Positions 34,961-48,543 of a stretch of 57,667 bases of DNA are shown here, piece after piece. This DNA is from Chiloscyllium plagiosum (Eukaryota). Numbering within the stretch: position 1 is the first letter of the stretch; the number at the start of each line of letters is the position of its first letter. Under the pieces are notes generated by a model that was not told the DNA's origin, did no database searches, and saw nothing but the letters and a program-made list of their open reading frames with translations. The DNA is taken from contig NC_057759.1 of NCBI RefSeq assembly GCF_004010195.1, positions 163,644 through 221,310 on the forward strand, in the 5' to 3' direction. Made by a program: the position numbers and the translations under genes.

Positions 34961-36289
34961 TGAGTGTTTTCTAGGTTTGGGTTGATGGAACTCGTTCTCA
35001 ACTGCACGGAGTTGCAGAGATGAAAAAAAGTCTATTTTAAACGTTTTTTTTAGTCACGGGTTGAAAATCTCTGTCTTGACATAGGATTGATATATTTCTG
35101 AGAAATTGATTGCTAACTGTGGGCCCAGAGACCGTTCTGTAACTGTGCTTTGCAAGTAACTGCAGTGTATCAGAACCATGTTGCTGCAGTTTTTATTTCG
35201 GAGTATTGAACTTTCACGCAGGGATTTAGAGCATTTCTCAGTCTCATAGGAATGCCTGTTAACCAGCAACCGTTAGCATGCTATATATGTGTCACTTTAA
35301 CTTTATATCTATCGAGTCTTTATTTTGACATTTGGCATGAATTCAACGCCTGTCCATGGAGGCTCTGGTCCTCTGTGTAATAGTCAATTAGTGTTATTTC
35401 AAGACAGGTTTTATTCTGTATCCACCAAACACTGATGTAAGCGGTAAAATTTTACACCATTTGCCTGCCACTTGGAAATGTTCCTCCAATCTGTGCCTAT
35501 CCATTTCTGGGAGGTAAAGCATGTTTGTTTGCTCTATTTCACAGTCTTTACATGTCAGTATGTTACTGGACTGTAACTCAAACCTTCTGAAGTGTAACCT
35601 GTTGTTTTTACTCTGGAGGTGTCAGTCATTAACATAAGAATGTATCTCATTTAGTATCTACAATTTTGAGTGTGACCAAACACCACTTTGGACAGTCTCA
35701 GGTAGGACTCCCTCCCCTCCTCACCCATATCCTTTGAATATCAGCTTCTGAGCATTGACAGTAAGTTTGTATTTATAACTGCAGCATTTGGTAAGGGACA
35801 ATATCTTGTACATTGCAGAAATTGGCAATAACAATGTTACCAGTGATGTCACACTGTTTATGTCAGTTTCTCACCTGGACAGTTGCATTGTATCCTAACA
35901 ATTTATTGCTTTGCAACTGACTCTGTATTTCATTCTTTAACTGCCAGTTTGTTGTTTCTAATCTTGTTTTTACTCAGTTTCTGTCAATCACAGGCATGAG
36001 AGAGGGCAAATATCTCAACATTTCTAACTTTCAGATGAAATGAATGTTTGTTTTTTAAATTCCATCCCTGTTATGTTACAGTGACTTGAAATTGAATCTG
36101 TCAGCATGTGATCTGTGAGCACACACAGTAAGTTAGAGATAAAGTGAAAAGTGAATGATGCCTCTCATTTCTGTCATGCAATTGCAGGGTATATATACTA
36201 CAGTTATTAATTTCTTTCAGGCTTGTGTCAGTTTAAATGTCTCAAAGCAGAAGACAATAAGAAAAATGAGAAGCCAGTGACACTTTTAT

Positions 36290-36480
36290 CTGCCTGTGTG
36301 TACTCAGCTCTGAGAATGAGTGTTGTAAAAATGTACCTTTTTTTTAACGAATGAGAACTTTGTCTTAAATCTATACCTGTCAGTTTCTCCAATGTGAATG
36401 CTTAAGTGCAGTTTTCAATCTGTACCTGACAGTTTCAACTAAATGAATGGCACTGTTTAACCTGACACTTGCCAGAAACT
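36290..36480 (+). repeat. Degenerate 49-bp tandem repeat cluster
   Basis: tgtcag at 36378 and tgacag at 36427, 49 bp apart. Confidence 0.6.
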
Positions 36481-36549
36481 GCAGGAGCTCTTTTTACTTC
36501 AAGTTTCTGTTGCTCAACATGAATAAGATTCTATCTATTGCCATCCATG

Positions 36550-36900
36550 TCAGGGTAGCATCATGGCACACTGGTGTCAGGGACCCAGTTTCAATTCCAG
36601 CCTTGGCTCATTGTGTGCAATTTGCACACAGACATGTTCCCCATGTCTGCATTGGTTTTGTTACGACATGGGGTAAACTTCTTTACTAATTTAAAACCAG
36701 CAACACACTAAAGATTTATCTCATGCAGTAATCAGTGAAAATTTGATCGGCCTAGAACTAGTTGAAAAGATAAACCTGTTAATCTTTACTTTAAGTATAA
36801 CAGAGAGTGATTAACTAACAACTGGGTGGGATGCACTTTGGCGAGTTGTTGCAGGCTTATGGGCCAAATGACCTCTATCTGCACTGGAGAAATTCTATGT
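36550..36900 (+). mobile_element. Old HE1-type SINE interrupted by an LTR-like fragment (~36659-36822)
   Basis: SINE head and tail flank a segment starting tgttacgac, the reverse complement of a gtcgtaaca-type LTR end. Confidence 0.5.
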
Positions 36901-38429
36901 ATTGGAAATGAAAGTGAGACTTTTTTGACCATTGTCAGTCTCTGACAGTCTCAAGCAGTTTGGATAATTTCCACAACTTTATTCGATGGTAAGTTTATGA
37001 TTGTAAAGGTATTTTCTGGATTGGTCAGTCTCTGGTCTGAATGTGTATTTTGAATTTATTGTTCACATTTATAACAAGACCAGTATGAGAGTTATTTCAT
37101 TCTGTGTACAATAATCTCTCGGTATCTGTTTAAACGTGTACCTTTTCATGTCAATGTTTGATTTCCTTTTGGACTGTTTGAAATCAAAGTATTTATTCAG
37201 TCATTTTGTCTGAGATTTGTTCTGTTTACTCCTTGTGGAAATAAATTAAATTACAATATTTGTTTCAATCTGGCAGTTGGCCTGCTATTTAATTCCTCCA
37301 GTTTGGACAGAAAGAATTGATACATGAATTACCTGCAGTCAGAGAGTCAGACAGCATGTTTAAGCCATGGTGAGATAATTGGATGAATAATTAGTCTGGA
37401 TTTTTATTTACTTCTTTCCCTACTTAAGTGGAATACATTGTGAATATGCAGTAGGTTCAGTATTTTCTAATAAACAAGTAGAATTTACTTTTTGACCAAG
37501 GTGAAAGCAAGCATTTAAAATCTGTAGGAAGTTCACTTGTACACTGGGGCTGACACACTTCACTCTCACACTGTCCTGGACTACTTGTTTAATGAAATGC
37601 TAGTTCTCACAGCTGCGAGATCTTTGAGGTCTTGACTTTTCCATTTTTGCCAATAGACCTATTAACCTGATAGTATTTCTGTACTTTGCAAGTTATTCTG
37701 TACCCGCTGTGTATTGGCACCATCTCACTCTTTGTTATGTCCAGAAATTATCATTTTCCTTCAAGTCCTTCCTTACATGAATAAGGACAATAACTGGTGC
37801 AGTCTGCAACTGTTTGTTCTTCTGTGAATGCAGAATTCATCTTGTTTCTTCCATTCACTTGTAAGGTTTGTGGACTTGGGAAGTACTCTCTACCTGTCAG
37901 TCTGTGCTATTCAATGGGACTGTTGATATGGTTTATTGTCCTTCAAAACTCTGCTCAGATGTGACAGACTGTGATCAGATTTGAGTCATGTTGCCTAGTG
38001 AAAAACTTGGAAACTAAAATTTGATGTTGACTATTTGGGCTGTTGTGTACATACACTGATTTTATGTATAAAAAACATTTTTGAAAGAAACAGTTGTTAT
38101 GATACAGGAAGGATACCCACACTTGATTGATCTTGCTTCAATCTTCCTGCATTGTGTTACTGAGCAGTTTAAATGCTTGCTGTTAAGTGGACAGCCAGTT
38201 AGCAAAGGAGAGAGTTTTCAGTTCATGTTTCCTGAAGTAAATAAAAAGGATCTTATTTTCTTTGACTGTTTGCACCTGTAGAATTCACAGGCAAGTGAAA
38301 CCCCAACACATTGTCATAGAATGGATCTGTGCTGTTCTTCAGAGTCAAGGAGGTAAAGGCAATTGACCATTGCAACTCTGATAGTGCAGTGTTTAACTGG
38401 GAGTAGTGATATCAAGGGCTGGCCTTCAG

Positions 38430-39305
38430 AGAGTCACACAGTTATACAGCACAGAAACAGATCCTTTGGTCCAAGCTGTTAGTGCTGACCAGAGATCCTA
38501 ATCTGACCTCGTTCCATTTAAGTTAAAAATCTCCCAACACCAGTTGTAGTACAACAGGTTTATGTGAAAGCACTAGCTTTTGGAGTGATGAAGGAGCAGT
38601 GCACTGAAAGCTAGTGCATCCAAATAAACCTGCTGTATGAGAAACTGGTGTTGTGTGATTCTTAACTTTGTCCACCCCAGTCCAACACTGGCACCTCCAT
38701 ATCATGGCTAGTCCCACTTGCTAGCATTTGGCGCATATCCCTCTAAACTGTTCCTATTCTTGTATATATCCAGATGCCTATAAAAAGTTATAATTGTACC
38801 CACCACCTCCACTTCCTCTGGTATCTCATTCCATACAAGCATCACCCTTTAAGTGATAAAGTAACCCCATAGGGCCTTTTAAAATCTTTTTTCCACAATT
38901 CAAAGCTGTGCTGTCTATTTTTGCACCCGAGGAGAAAGTGAGGACTGCAGATGCTTGAGATCAGGGCTGAAAATGTGTTGCTGGAAAAGTGCAGCAGGTC
39001 AGGCAGCATTCAAGGAGCAGGAGAATCGACGTTTCGGGCATGAGCCCTTCTTCAGGGCTCATGCCCGAAATGTCGATTCTCCTGCTCCTTGGATGCTGCC
39101 TGACCTGCTGCGCTTTTCCAGCAACACAGTTTCAGCTATTTTTGCACTCACCCACATTCGGAAAAAGACCTTGGCTATTCACCCTATCATGCCCTGAAGA
39201 ACTTTTCTCAACCTATACAAAGGTCACATCTCATTCTCCGACAGTCCAGGGAACAAAGCAACAGGTTGTTCAACCTCTCCCTCTAACTCAAAACCTCCAG
39301 TCCTA
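38430..39305 (-). mobile_element. CR1/HER1-type 3' fragment with two Penelope-like insertions (38522-38705, ~38929-39135)
   Basis: CR1 tail on the minus strand. The second insertion is a fold-back flanked by duplicated ctatttttgcac. Confidence 0.75.
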
Positions 39306-39368
39306 GCAACAAAACATACTGATGAGAGTAGTGCAGTTGACATGGTATACATGGACTTCTGTAAGGCC

Positions 39369-40725
39369 TGTGTTGGAGCATAACCCCCGACTAGGGATGA
39401 AAGACTCAGCAGGCAGGATTCAGGCAAGTGATTGGTGTTTATTCAAGCAGAAACTAGTTAGTGCAGGGAGAGGGCCAAATGATCTTCCCCTGAGACTGGC
39501 ATCAGAAGAGAGGTCCACAACACACTGATTTTACAATAAAAAGGAGTACTTCTTATAAACTTTGTTAGTAATCACATTGTATGTAATTGTCATGTTCCTT
39601 CCTCTTACTTTGCATACTTTATTCTATGAGACACCTAACCAATCATTGGTATTTCTATGGACAACCCCAGGATTCCCTGACCTATTAAAGTTTAGCGGAC
39701 ATTGTAATCTCTCGGCAAAAGTGAGGACTGCAGTTGCTGGGTTTAGGTTAGAGTGGTGCTGGAAAAGCACAGCAGGTCAGGAAGCATCCGAGGAGCAGGA
39801 AAATCAATGTTTTGGGCAAAAGCCCTTTATCAGAAATAGAGGCAGGAAGCCTCCAAGGTGGAGAGATAAATGGAGATAAATGTAATCTCTCGGCCTTGCG
39901 ATCTATCTGTGCATCCTATTCATTCACATTCCAAAGTAATTTGCTGTACACCTTCAGGTTTCGCTGAGGCTAGCTTGTCTCTAGGGACAGATTGAATACT
40001 GTTATTCACTGTATTCCATATTATCAAATTCAATTGCTCCTCTTATATTCCCAACTGTCTGAATTATATATGAAGAAAAAACAAAGGACAGCCTGTTTTG
40101 ACTTAATTGCTATCAACTTGTAATTTTAATTTCTGTTATAAAAATGTAGTTACAAAAGTGTAATGTATTTGCCCCCAAGTGTTAGCACCTTGTGATTAAT
40201 GGGCTGTGAGCATTCTTATTTTGTTCTGGGTGTAAAAGGCGTTAGCTAAAGCCAGCTAACCTTCACTTCCAGGTTTTAATGCTTCTTTTCCCCTTTATGC
40301 TTTGGTATTATGCACCCATTTGTTATGTTGAAAATTACTCTTTATGAGTATCTTTTTCTTAATATTCTGACATATTTCAAGAAACTGAGTACTATAAGAT
40401 AACTTTAGCTGTTGCATCCTCAGCTGTTTTAGGGCATTAATGGGCTGTAACTAGCATCTGATATCTGTTCATTAACTGGGACAATTACCCTTTCATTTAA
40501 TGTGGCTGGAGTTACTCATTTATTGGACCTTATGTCTTCCTGTCATTTTTACTGTCCTTGCAGTGGCTTATTCAATGGTATCCTTATGCTCAACTGAGTG
40601 CAAGTAGGCTGTTTAGCTTAGTTTCTGCCTGCCGTCTGTTTCACATCCTGCTGTTTAATTCTACTTTCCATTTACACACCAGTTTGTGTTAACAGACATG
40701 GGCCACTCTATTCTGGCCAGATACA
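39369..40725 (-). mobile_element. Solo LTR, ~1.2 kb after removing a nested insertion
   Basis: TG...CA termini with a GGCC TSD (39365-39368, 40726-40729). Minus-strand CCAAT, TATAA and AATAAA occur in the expected order. A nested PLE piece (39717-39880) has the TSD tgtaatctctcggc. Confidence 0.7.
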
Positions 40726-40739
40726 GGCCACCACTACAG

Positions 40740-42140
40740 CCACGGGGATCAGTGCTGGGATCCTTGCTGTTTGTTATGTAAATTAACAACTTGGATGTGA
40801 ATGTAGAACATATTATTAATCAGCCTGTAGATGAGATTTTCATGTGAAAGCGCAAAATGTTTTAGTGCAGGTTTGGAGGGTATTGGGCCTGTTCCTGTTC
40901 TTTGTTCCATGATATGAAAATTAGGGTGTGATTGGCAGAAACGGGGATGGTCTCAGGCTACAGTATGAGTACATTGGGCAGTGCAATGGCAGATGGAATT
41001 TAATCCTGATAAGTATGAGGTAATGCATTTTGGGAGGTCTAATACGGGAAAGAATTACACAATGAAGGGCTGGTCCTTAGGGAATACTGAGAAAGAAGGG
41101 GACCATGGTGTACAAGTCTATAGATTCCAGAAGGTGTCAGCACAGGCAGACAGGCTGCTGAAGGAAGCATACAGAATTACCTGAGCTGTACAATATAACA
41201 GCAAGAAAGTCTTCTAACAAATTTACAAAATATTGGCTCGGCCACAGATAGAATACTGAAGTGTGCAGTTTTGGTTACCACACTATCAGAAGGTGTGATT
41301 GTATTGGAGAGGGTGCAGTGGGTTGGAAAGTCTCCATCGTGAGGAGAGACTGGATAGGCCAGGTTTGGTTTCGTTGGAGCAGAGGTGGAGGGAGGATCTG
41401 ACTGAAGTGTACCAAATTATGAAAGATACAGACAGAGTAGATTGTGAGAATCTTTCTATCCATGGCTGGTGTGTCTAAGACCAAAGGTTACAATTTGAAG
41501 GTGCAGAGAATGCAGTTTAGAAGATACCAGAGAAAAATATTTTGATCTAGAGAGTGGGCAGAGTTTGGAACGTGCTGCCTGAGGGGGTGGTGGAGTACAC
41601 TCACAGCATTTAAGCAGCATCTGGATATGCCTTTAAAAAAACATGGTATAGTAGGCTATGGGCTAAGTGCAGGTACATTGCAGTTTGGTGTTTGTTGGAC
41701 ATCATGCACATGGTGAGCTGAAGGGCCTGTTTCTATGCTGTAGGACTCCATACCACTATAACATCCTGGTAAATCTTTTCGGCACCATCTCAAGTTTAAC
41801 AACATCCTTCCTGGAAAAGGGTGATGAGCATTGTACGCAATCTCCTAAAGTGCCCTCACCAATGTCCTGTACAGCCACCACATGACATCCCAACTCCTAC
41901 ACTCAATGAAGACCAATGAAGACAAGCATGCCAAATGCTTTCTTCACTGCCCAGTCTACCTGTGACTACTTTCAAGGAAATATGCAGCTGCACCCCAAGG
42001 TTTCTTTGTTCAGCAACACTCGCCAAGGCCCCAGCACTAAGTGTATGAGTCCTGCCCTGGTTTGCTTTATCAAAATGTAAAACCTCATGTATCTGAACTA
42101 AACTCCATCCGCCACTCCTCAGCTCATTGTCCCTCATAAT
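40740..42140. mobile_element. CR1 LINE fragments (40740-41750 on +, 41755-42140 on -)
   Basis: ORF 40981-41184 (WQMEFNPDKYEVMHFG) and minus-strand ORF 41856-42149 (EVLHFDKANQGR). Confidence 0.8.
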
Positions 42141-43459
42141 CAAGGTCATTACCAGTAAGTGTTCTCAGTGCACAGTGATATAACTATTTGAACACTGCTG
42201 AAGTAAAGGTAGGTGTTCATCACCCTGCTCTGTATTATGATGGTGACTACCATCACTGGGACACTTGTGTGGCTCTATCGGGGGAGGAGGAAGGTAGAAG
42301 GACTTTGATTTTCTCTTGTGCAGTGGAGGAAATTGAAATGGTCAAAGTAAATTTGTTGAAGAATGAAACTCTTGAACTCCTGTCGGAAAAGAAAATTGAG
42401 CAGCTTTACCTATCTGCCTTATCTTACTAAATCTTTCCTACTCCACTGTTTCAAAACAGGATTGTGATCACATTGAGTATTTGAAAAAATGGCACCAAGT
42501 TTTCTTGTGTTTTACATCAGACTTCAGAACGAGGGTCAAGAGGAGGGCAGGGTTATATGTAGAAAATTTAATTTCATTTGAAACAAAGGCAGAGATGTGT
42601 TTTTGATGAAGGTAGAGTTAAAAAGAAAATCTGTTCCTGCAAGTTGGAAAAATGGAGAATGATGTTGTGCTCAAGGTGGGAATGGCAGCTCCTCTGATAC
42701 ATTGATGGAAATGGATCGCTGTCTGAATGGGAGTAGAATTGTTAGCTGGATGTTTCTGACTGCTGCAGACCACAATGACTCCACGTGAGAGTGGTATTCA
42801 TCTCAATTGTATCATTTTCTGTTGCCTGCAGTTTATATGAAAATCCATAACTGTTAGTCATTGTCTGTACTTAGGATATTAGTATTTTAAACTAATTCTG
42901 AATTTGTCAGTTGCTCTGTGTGTGTTTATGTAGCCTGTAGTAATTATTCTCCATTTGTCAGGAACAAAGACAGAAATTCCTGGAGAAACTCAGTTCTGAA
43001 CAACAATCATTGGTTACAAAGCTTTAACTCTGCTTTCTCTCAACAGATGTTGCCAGATGTGCTGAGTTTTTTCAGCAATTATGACTTTTGTTTCTGGATT
43101 CTGTCATTTGCAGTTTTATTTGTCAGGCTTTGGCACAGAATGTGTGTTTGGAATTCACATTATTTAATTGTCATGTGTCTGTACGTGACAGCTGTTCATC
43201 AAAGGATTACTTCTGTCCTGCCCAATCACTAATAAACTTAATAATGGTGTTTCATCCTATAAATTGGTGACTTTTGTTTAGTTTCCTTCTATGTCTACAT
43301 TAAACATCTATGTTATGTATGGTTTTTGAAATTATGTTACAGCCTGATTTTTTTCCCCATCTTGCTTTTAACTTTAAAAAATCTCATATTAAATATAGAT
43401 TCAATGTCATTCCCCAGTGTGCATTTCAGACAAGAATTCAGAGTAACGCTCTTTTAAAA

Positions 43460-44465
43460 TGGTGTCAATGTCAATGGGCTTGACAGTATTTGGCAAGAAC
43501 TTTCAAATGTTGATGGTGGGGGTAGGGAATGTTCACAGGTAAAGAGATGACTGGAAAATGAGAAGCTTTCAAAAATGAGATAACGAGAATCCAGAGAGTA
43601 TATTCCTTTTAGGGTGAAAGGAAAGCCTGGTAGGCGTAGATAATGCTGGATGATGAGAGAAATTGAAGTTTTGGTCATGAAGATGAAGGGAGCATATGTC
43701 AGGTATAGACAGCAAAGATAGTGTGAATCCTTAGAAATGTATAAAGGCAGTTGGCATTTCCTTAAGAGGGAAATCAAGAAGGCAAAAAGAGGATATGTGA
43801 TATCTTTGGCAAACAGGGATAAGAAGAATCCAAAGGAATTCTAGAAATACATTAAGGACAAAAGGATAACTAGGATGAAAATGGGGCCCCTCAAAGATTT
43901 GCAAGGTAGCCTTTCTGTGGAACCGCAGGAGATGAGAGAGATAAGAAATGACTATCTTGTATCAGTGTTTATTGTGGAGAAGCACATGAAGAATACAGAA
44001 TGTGGGGAAATGGATGGTGACATCTTTAGAAATGTCCATATTACTGAGGTGGTGGTGTGGGATGTCTTAAAAGGCAAACGTGGTAACTCCCCAGGACCTG
44101 ATAGGTGCATTCGAGAACTCTGTGGAAAGCTAGGGAAGTGATTGCTGGGCCCCTTGCGGAGATATTTGTATCATCAATACTCACAGGTGAGGTGCTGGAA
44201 AACTGGAGGTTGGCTAAGGGGCAACCTTTTCACATGTAAGCTGGTGTGTGTATGGAATGAGCTGCCAGTGGAAGTGGTGAAGGCTGGGTTAATTACAAAA
44301 TTTAAAAGGCATCTAGATGGGTATTTGAATAGGATGGGTTTAAGAGAGATATGGGCCAAGTGCTGGCAAATGGGACTAGGTTAGTTTAGGATATCTGGTT
44401 GGCATAGATAATTCGGACCGAAGGGTCCATTTCTGTATTGTACATCTCTGTGACTCTATGGCTGT
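43460..44465 (+). mobile_element. CR1/HER1-type LINE with large internal deletion
   Basis: Tether region (KMGPLKDLQGSLSVEPQEM...SPGPD) joins the 3' end near 44215-44220, skipping most of RT. Tail tctctgtgactctatg. Confidence 0.8.
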
Positions 44466-45228
44466 GAATGATAAAATTTATTGGAATTGGGGTGGTGTGC
44501 ATTGAGAATGGAGAGAGATTTAAAAAAATTGTAATTGCTTGGTAATATTTGATTCTTAGTTTGAAAATTCCTCTCTGGAAATTGAGCTCAATTTAAACTG
44601 CTCTGTGACTACGGAAAGGCTGTTCTTCAGTTGGAGAATGGTAACTTACCTGCTGTTTGTCAGAAGGAACTGATCACACTTGGCTTCATACCGAGATAAT
44701 ATTACATTCTCTTGGTTCTTCAAGTACTTGTCTGAAGGAAGAGAGAAGAGATATCTCCTAAAACTCAACATTGAAAGGTTTGATACTGTCAAACTCAGGT
44801 AATGTAATATTTATTTAATAATCATTAGGCTGTTTTTCTTTCAAGCCAGCAATTCCAACAGAACCACAGAGCTGATTTTATACTTGGCCTCGGCTGCTTT
44901 TTGCCTGGTCATTGTAACAAAAAAAAAAATCGAAACCAATTTACTGAGACCCTGATCTTAACCAATACCTCTACAGTGCCACAAATGGGACTACCTGATG
45001 CAAGTGCATGTCTGGATTTGAGTTTACTTATCTATCTATACCTGTCAGTTCCGGCTGTCTGACTATAAAAATGCAATCAATTTGAAACCTTCAGTTCCTT
45101 CTATGTGAATGTATATATTGATCTGTACCTGTCAGTTTTAGCTATATCAATATCAGAGTGCAAATACCAAACACTGATGCCAGGTTTTGCTGATCATGAT
45201 ACTCTGGTATCAAATAATCTGTTTCTAT

Positions 45229-45946
45229 TGTTATGAAGTTGAAGGCATGTACTGTACCTTTAAGAGAGACTGAAAGCTGGCAAGCACCTATCATGTGACT
45301 GACTAGCAGTCAGAGTATGCTGGAATATTGAAATGCTGTAACATTTGGCTGTTACCAAGATACCTTAGTTGTTTTCATAACAGTTTGTATTTAACCAATC
45401 CACTTAAATTATGCCTCAAGCTACTAAAATAGAATTGAATTTGTATTTTACTGTTTTGACATCATCAAACCAGTAAAATGATCCAATGCTTCAGATATTA
45501 GAAAAAAAAACACAGGCATTTTGGACAATTAGCCAGAAAAAGCATGAACTGCCATTGAAAGACTGTTATTCACAACACCCTTGATAAAAGGTGCCCTTTT
45601 CATATGAAACATCTTTGCAGCCGAAGACCGAAGATGACCCAGGGAGATCTACAAACAGAGGAAGATCGACACTGGGGATGACAGCCACTGACTGGTTTTG
45701 AAAATTAAGTTGCTGTAAATTTAATAGGGACTTTATTGGATCAGCACATTGGGAGGTAGATAACAAATCTTCAAGCGAAAGGAGGCTTAGAGTTGCAAAT
45801 AATTGTTGTTAATGTTCACTTTCAGTGTTAAATAGTGGAATTTGAGTAGTCCTCTGTCACTAATATTTTAACAGATTATTAGGCAAGGTGAACTTTTCCG
45901 TGTGTTTGGTTTAATTAGCAGAGGGATTTACCACCATGTCGTTATA
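45229..45946 (+). mobile_element. Solo LTR (Gypsy-type)
   Basis: Starts tgttatg and ends gtcgttata (degenerate gtcgtaaca), with flanks ctat/ctaa as an imperfect 4-bp TSD. Inserted in the 49-bp array. Confidence 0.6.
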
Positions 45947-46469
45947 CTAATATGTTAATATGAGAGTGCAGGTCAATATGCAGTGCAGTATGCAAATACA
46001 GTTAATGATCAGTACACATCAGCTTCTGCTCTGTGAATATGGGTGTATTAATCAAACTGTATCTGTCAGTTTCAGCGATGTGAATGCGGGAGTATGGTTA
46101 TTATTCTCTACCTGTCAGTTTCTTCCTTGTCAAAGAAAGAGTGTAATTGTCAATCTATACCTTTCAGACTCTTCTGTGTGAATACATAAATATAGTCACC
46201 AATGTGTAGCTGTCAGTTTCTGCTCGCCGAATAGTTTTGTGTAATTGTCAATCTATCCCTGCAATGTGAATGTGTGAGCTAAGTTCTCATCTGTCACTAT
46301 CAGTTTCAGTCTTGTGAATGTGAGAGTTCAGTTGTCAATCTTTCCCTGTCAGGCTCTGTAATGTCAGTGTTTGAGTGTATTTATTCATCTTTTCCTGTCA
46401 GTTTGTGTGACTGTAGTTATCAACATGTAACTCAGATTCTGCTAGATGAATGAGGCTGTAGTTACTTAT

Positions 46470-47020
46470 TTGACTTGATCTGATTTGTTATTGTCACATG
46501 CACGAGTTGTAATGAAAAGTATTGTTCTGTGCGCTTTACAGGCAGATCATATCATACAAAGTGCATCAGGGTAATAGAACAGAATTCGGAATACAGTGTT
46601 AATGCTGCAGTGAAGGTGTAGAGAGAGAGAGAGAGATTAACATTAAAATTTGAGTGGTCCATTCAAAAGTCTGATGACAGCAGGGAAGCTGTTCTTGAAC
46701 CTGTTGGATGGTGTATTCAAACTTCTCCCTGACAGAAGAGGGTGGAGGAGAATATAACCGAGGTCGGATGGGTTTTTGATTATGTCGCTTGCTTTCCCAA
46801 GACGGGAAAGGTGTAAATGTGGTCATTGGATGGATGGTTGATTTCTGTGATGGACAGGGCTGTATTCAAAACCTCTCTGTAGTTCCTTGGAGTCTTGGGC
46901 AGCACAGTAGCCATACCACGCTGTGACACATCCAGATATGTTGCTTTCTGTGGTGCATCTATAAAAAGTTGGAAGTGTCTTTATGGACATGCTGAATTTC
47001 CTTAGCCTCCTGAGGAAATC
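46470..47020 (-). mobile_element. Rex1/Babar-like LINE 3' fragment
   Basis: Minus strand aggttcaagaacagcttccctgctgtcatcagac, and a 3' end with atgtgacaataacaaatca plus short repeats. Confidence 0.6.
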
Positions 47021-47249
47021 TGCTTGGTGAATGTGTTTAGGTAATTGTCAATCTAAACCTGCCAGTTTTTGCTTTGAGAAGGTTTAGTTAAGTTTAGTTA
47101 AGAATCCTTCCCAGTTTGGCTCTGTAATGTAAATCTGAGTGTATTTATCAATGTTTGCATGACAGAATTTCTCTTGTGAGCATGTGAATGTGGTTATCAA
47201 TTATCCCTGGTAGTTTCTGCTCTGAATATGAAAATATAGTTATTAATCT

Positions 47250-48145
47250 CGAAATAAAAACCAAAAGAACTGCAAATGCTGCAAGTCAAATACAAAAGTA
47301 AATTGCTGGAAAAGCTCAGCAGGTCTGACAGAGTCTGTGGAGTTTGAACAGAGTTAAAATTTCCAGTCCAGTAACCCTTCCTGAGAACTGATGGTAGCCA
47401 AGAAATTATTCATTTTTCTGTAGAAGATAGTGTGTGTTGAAGGGTAAGGAGTAAATGACATATGGAAATAGAATCTTTGAGGAGAAAGTGAGGTCTGCAG
47501 ATGCTGGAGATCAGAGCTGAAAATGTGTTGCTGAAGAAGGGCTTATGCCCGAAACGTCGATTCTCCAGTTCCCTGGATGCTGCCTGACCTGCTGCGTTTT
47601 TCCAGCAACACATTTTCAGCTATGGAGATAGAATCCAAAGAGAGGAAGAACAGTTGTACAGACAAACGAGTGGATCACAGTCAGATGAGGAGGATGAATA
47701 GCTGTTAATAGAGATTGTTAATGACTGTTGGTGTATAATAGCATACTAAGTGATAACAAGGGCTGGTGTGTGAGGTTTCAGGTAATGACACGGGAGAGCT
47801 GTAGCCCTAAAGTTGTATAACTCAATATTGAGACCAGAAGGCTGTCGAGATCCCAAGCAGAAAATGAGGTGCTGTTCTTCCAGCTTGCACTGAGCTTCAC
47901 TGGAGCACTGCAGCAAGCCTGAGACAGAGATTTTGGCCAGGGAACAGGATGGTGTGTTGAAGTGGCAGGCAACTGGAAGCTCAGTGACTTTTTTTCTGGA
48001 CAGAATGTAAGTTTTTGGCAAAGTGGACACACAATCTACATTCAGTTTCCTCAGAATTGAGAAGGCCACATAGCAGCTAGGAGAATGCACACAATCAGTT
48101 CTGAGGAAGGGTCACGAGACCTCAAATGTAACTGTGATTTATCTT
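47250..48145 (-). mobile_element. Penelope-like element fragment (GIY-YIG C-terminal part) with a nested fold-back insertion at ~47479-47620
   Basis: ORF 47746-48090 (LPVACHFN...CKLEEQHLIFCLGSRQPSGLNIE). The nested piece is flanked by tatggaaatagaatc / tatggagatagaatc. Confidence 0.75.
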
Positions 48146-48446
48146 GTTATTAATGTCTACCTATCAGTTTCTCCTGTGAATGTGTCATTTTCAAACCGTA
48201 CACGTCAATTTAAGTGATTTGAAACAGCGAATTTTATCAATTTGTTCCTGTCAGTTTCTGCTTTGTGAATGAGAATGTAGTTATCAGTTTTCCTCTGAAA
48301 TGTCCTGTCATGTGCACATGAGTGTGATTGACCAATCTGTCCCTGTTGTATTCTGCTCTGTGTATCTCAGGATGTAGTTATGAATCTGTATATGTCAGCG
48401 TCTGGTGTATAATTGTGCAAATGCATTTATCAGACTGTACCTGGCA

Positions 48447-48543
48447 GAGTGTGAGGAGTGTGGGGCAGTGGCTTGGGGTGTATGGGGAGTGTGGGACAGT
48501 GGCTTGGGGTGTATGGGAAGTGTGGGGCAGTGGCTTGGGGTGC
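48447..48543 (+). repeat. 31-bp G-rich minisatellite, three copies
   Basis: cagtggcttgggg at 48466, 48497 and 48528. Confidence 0.9.
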
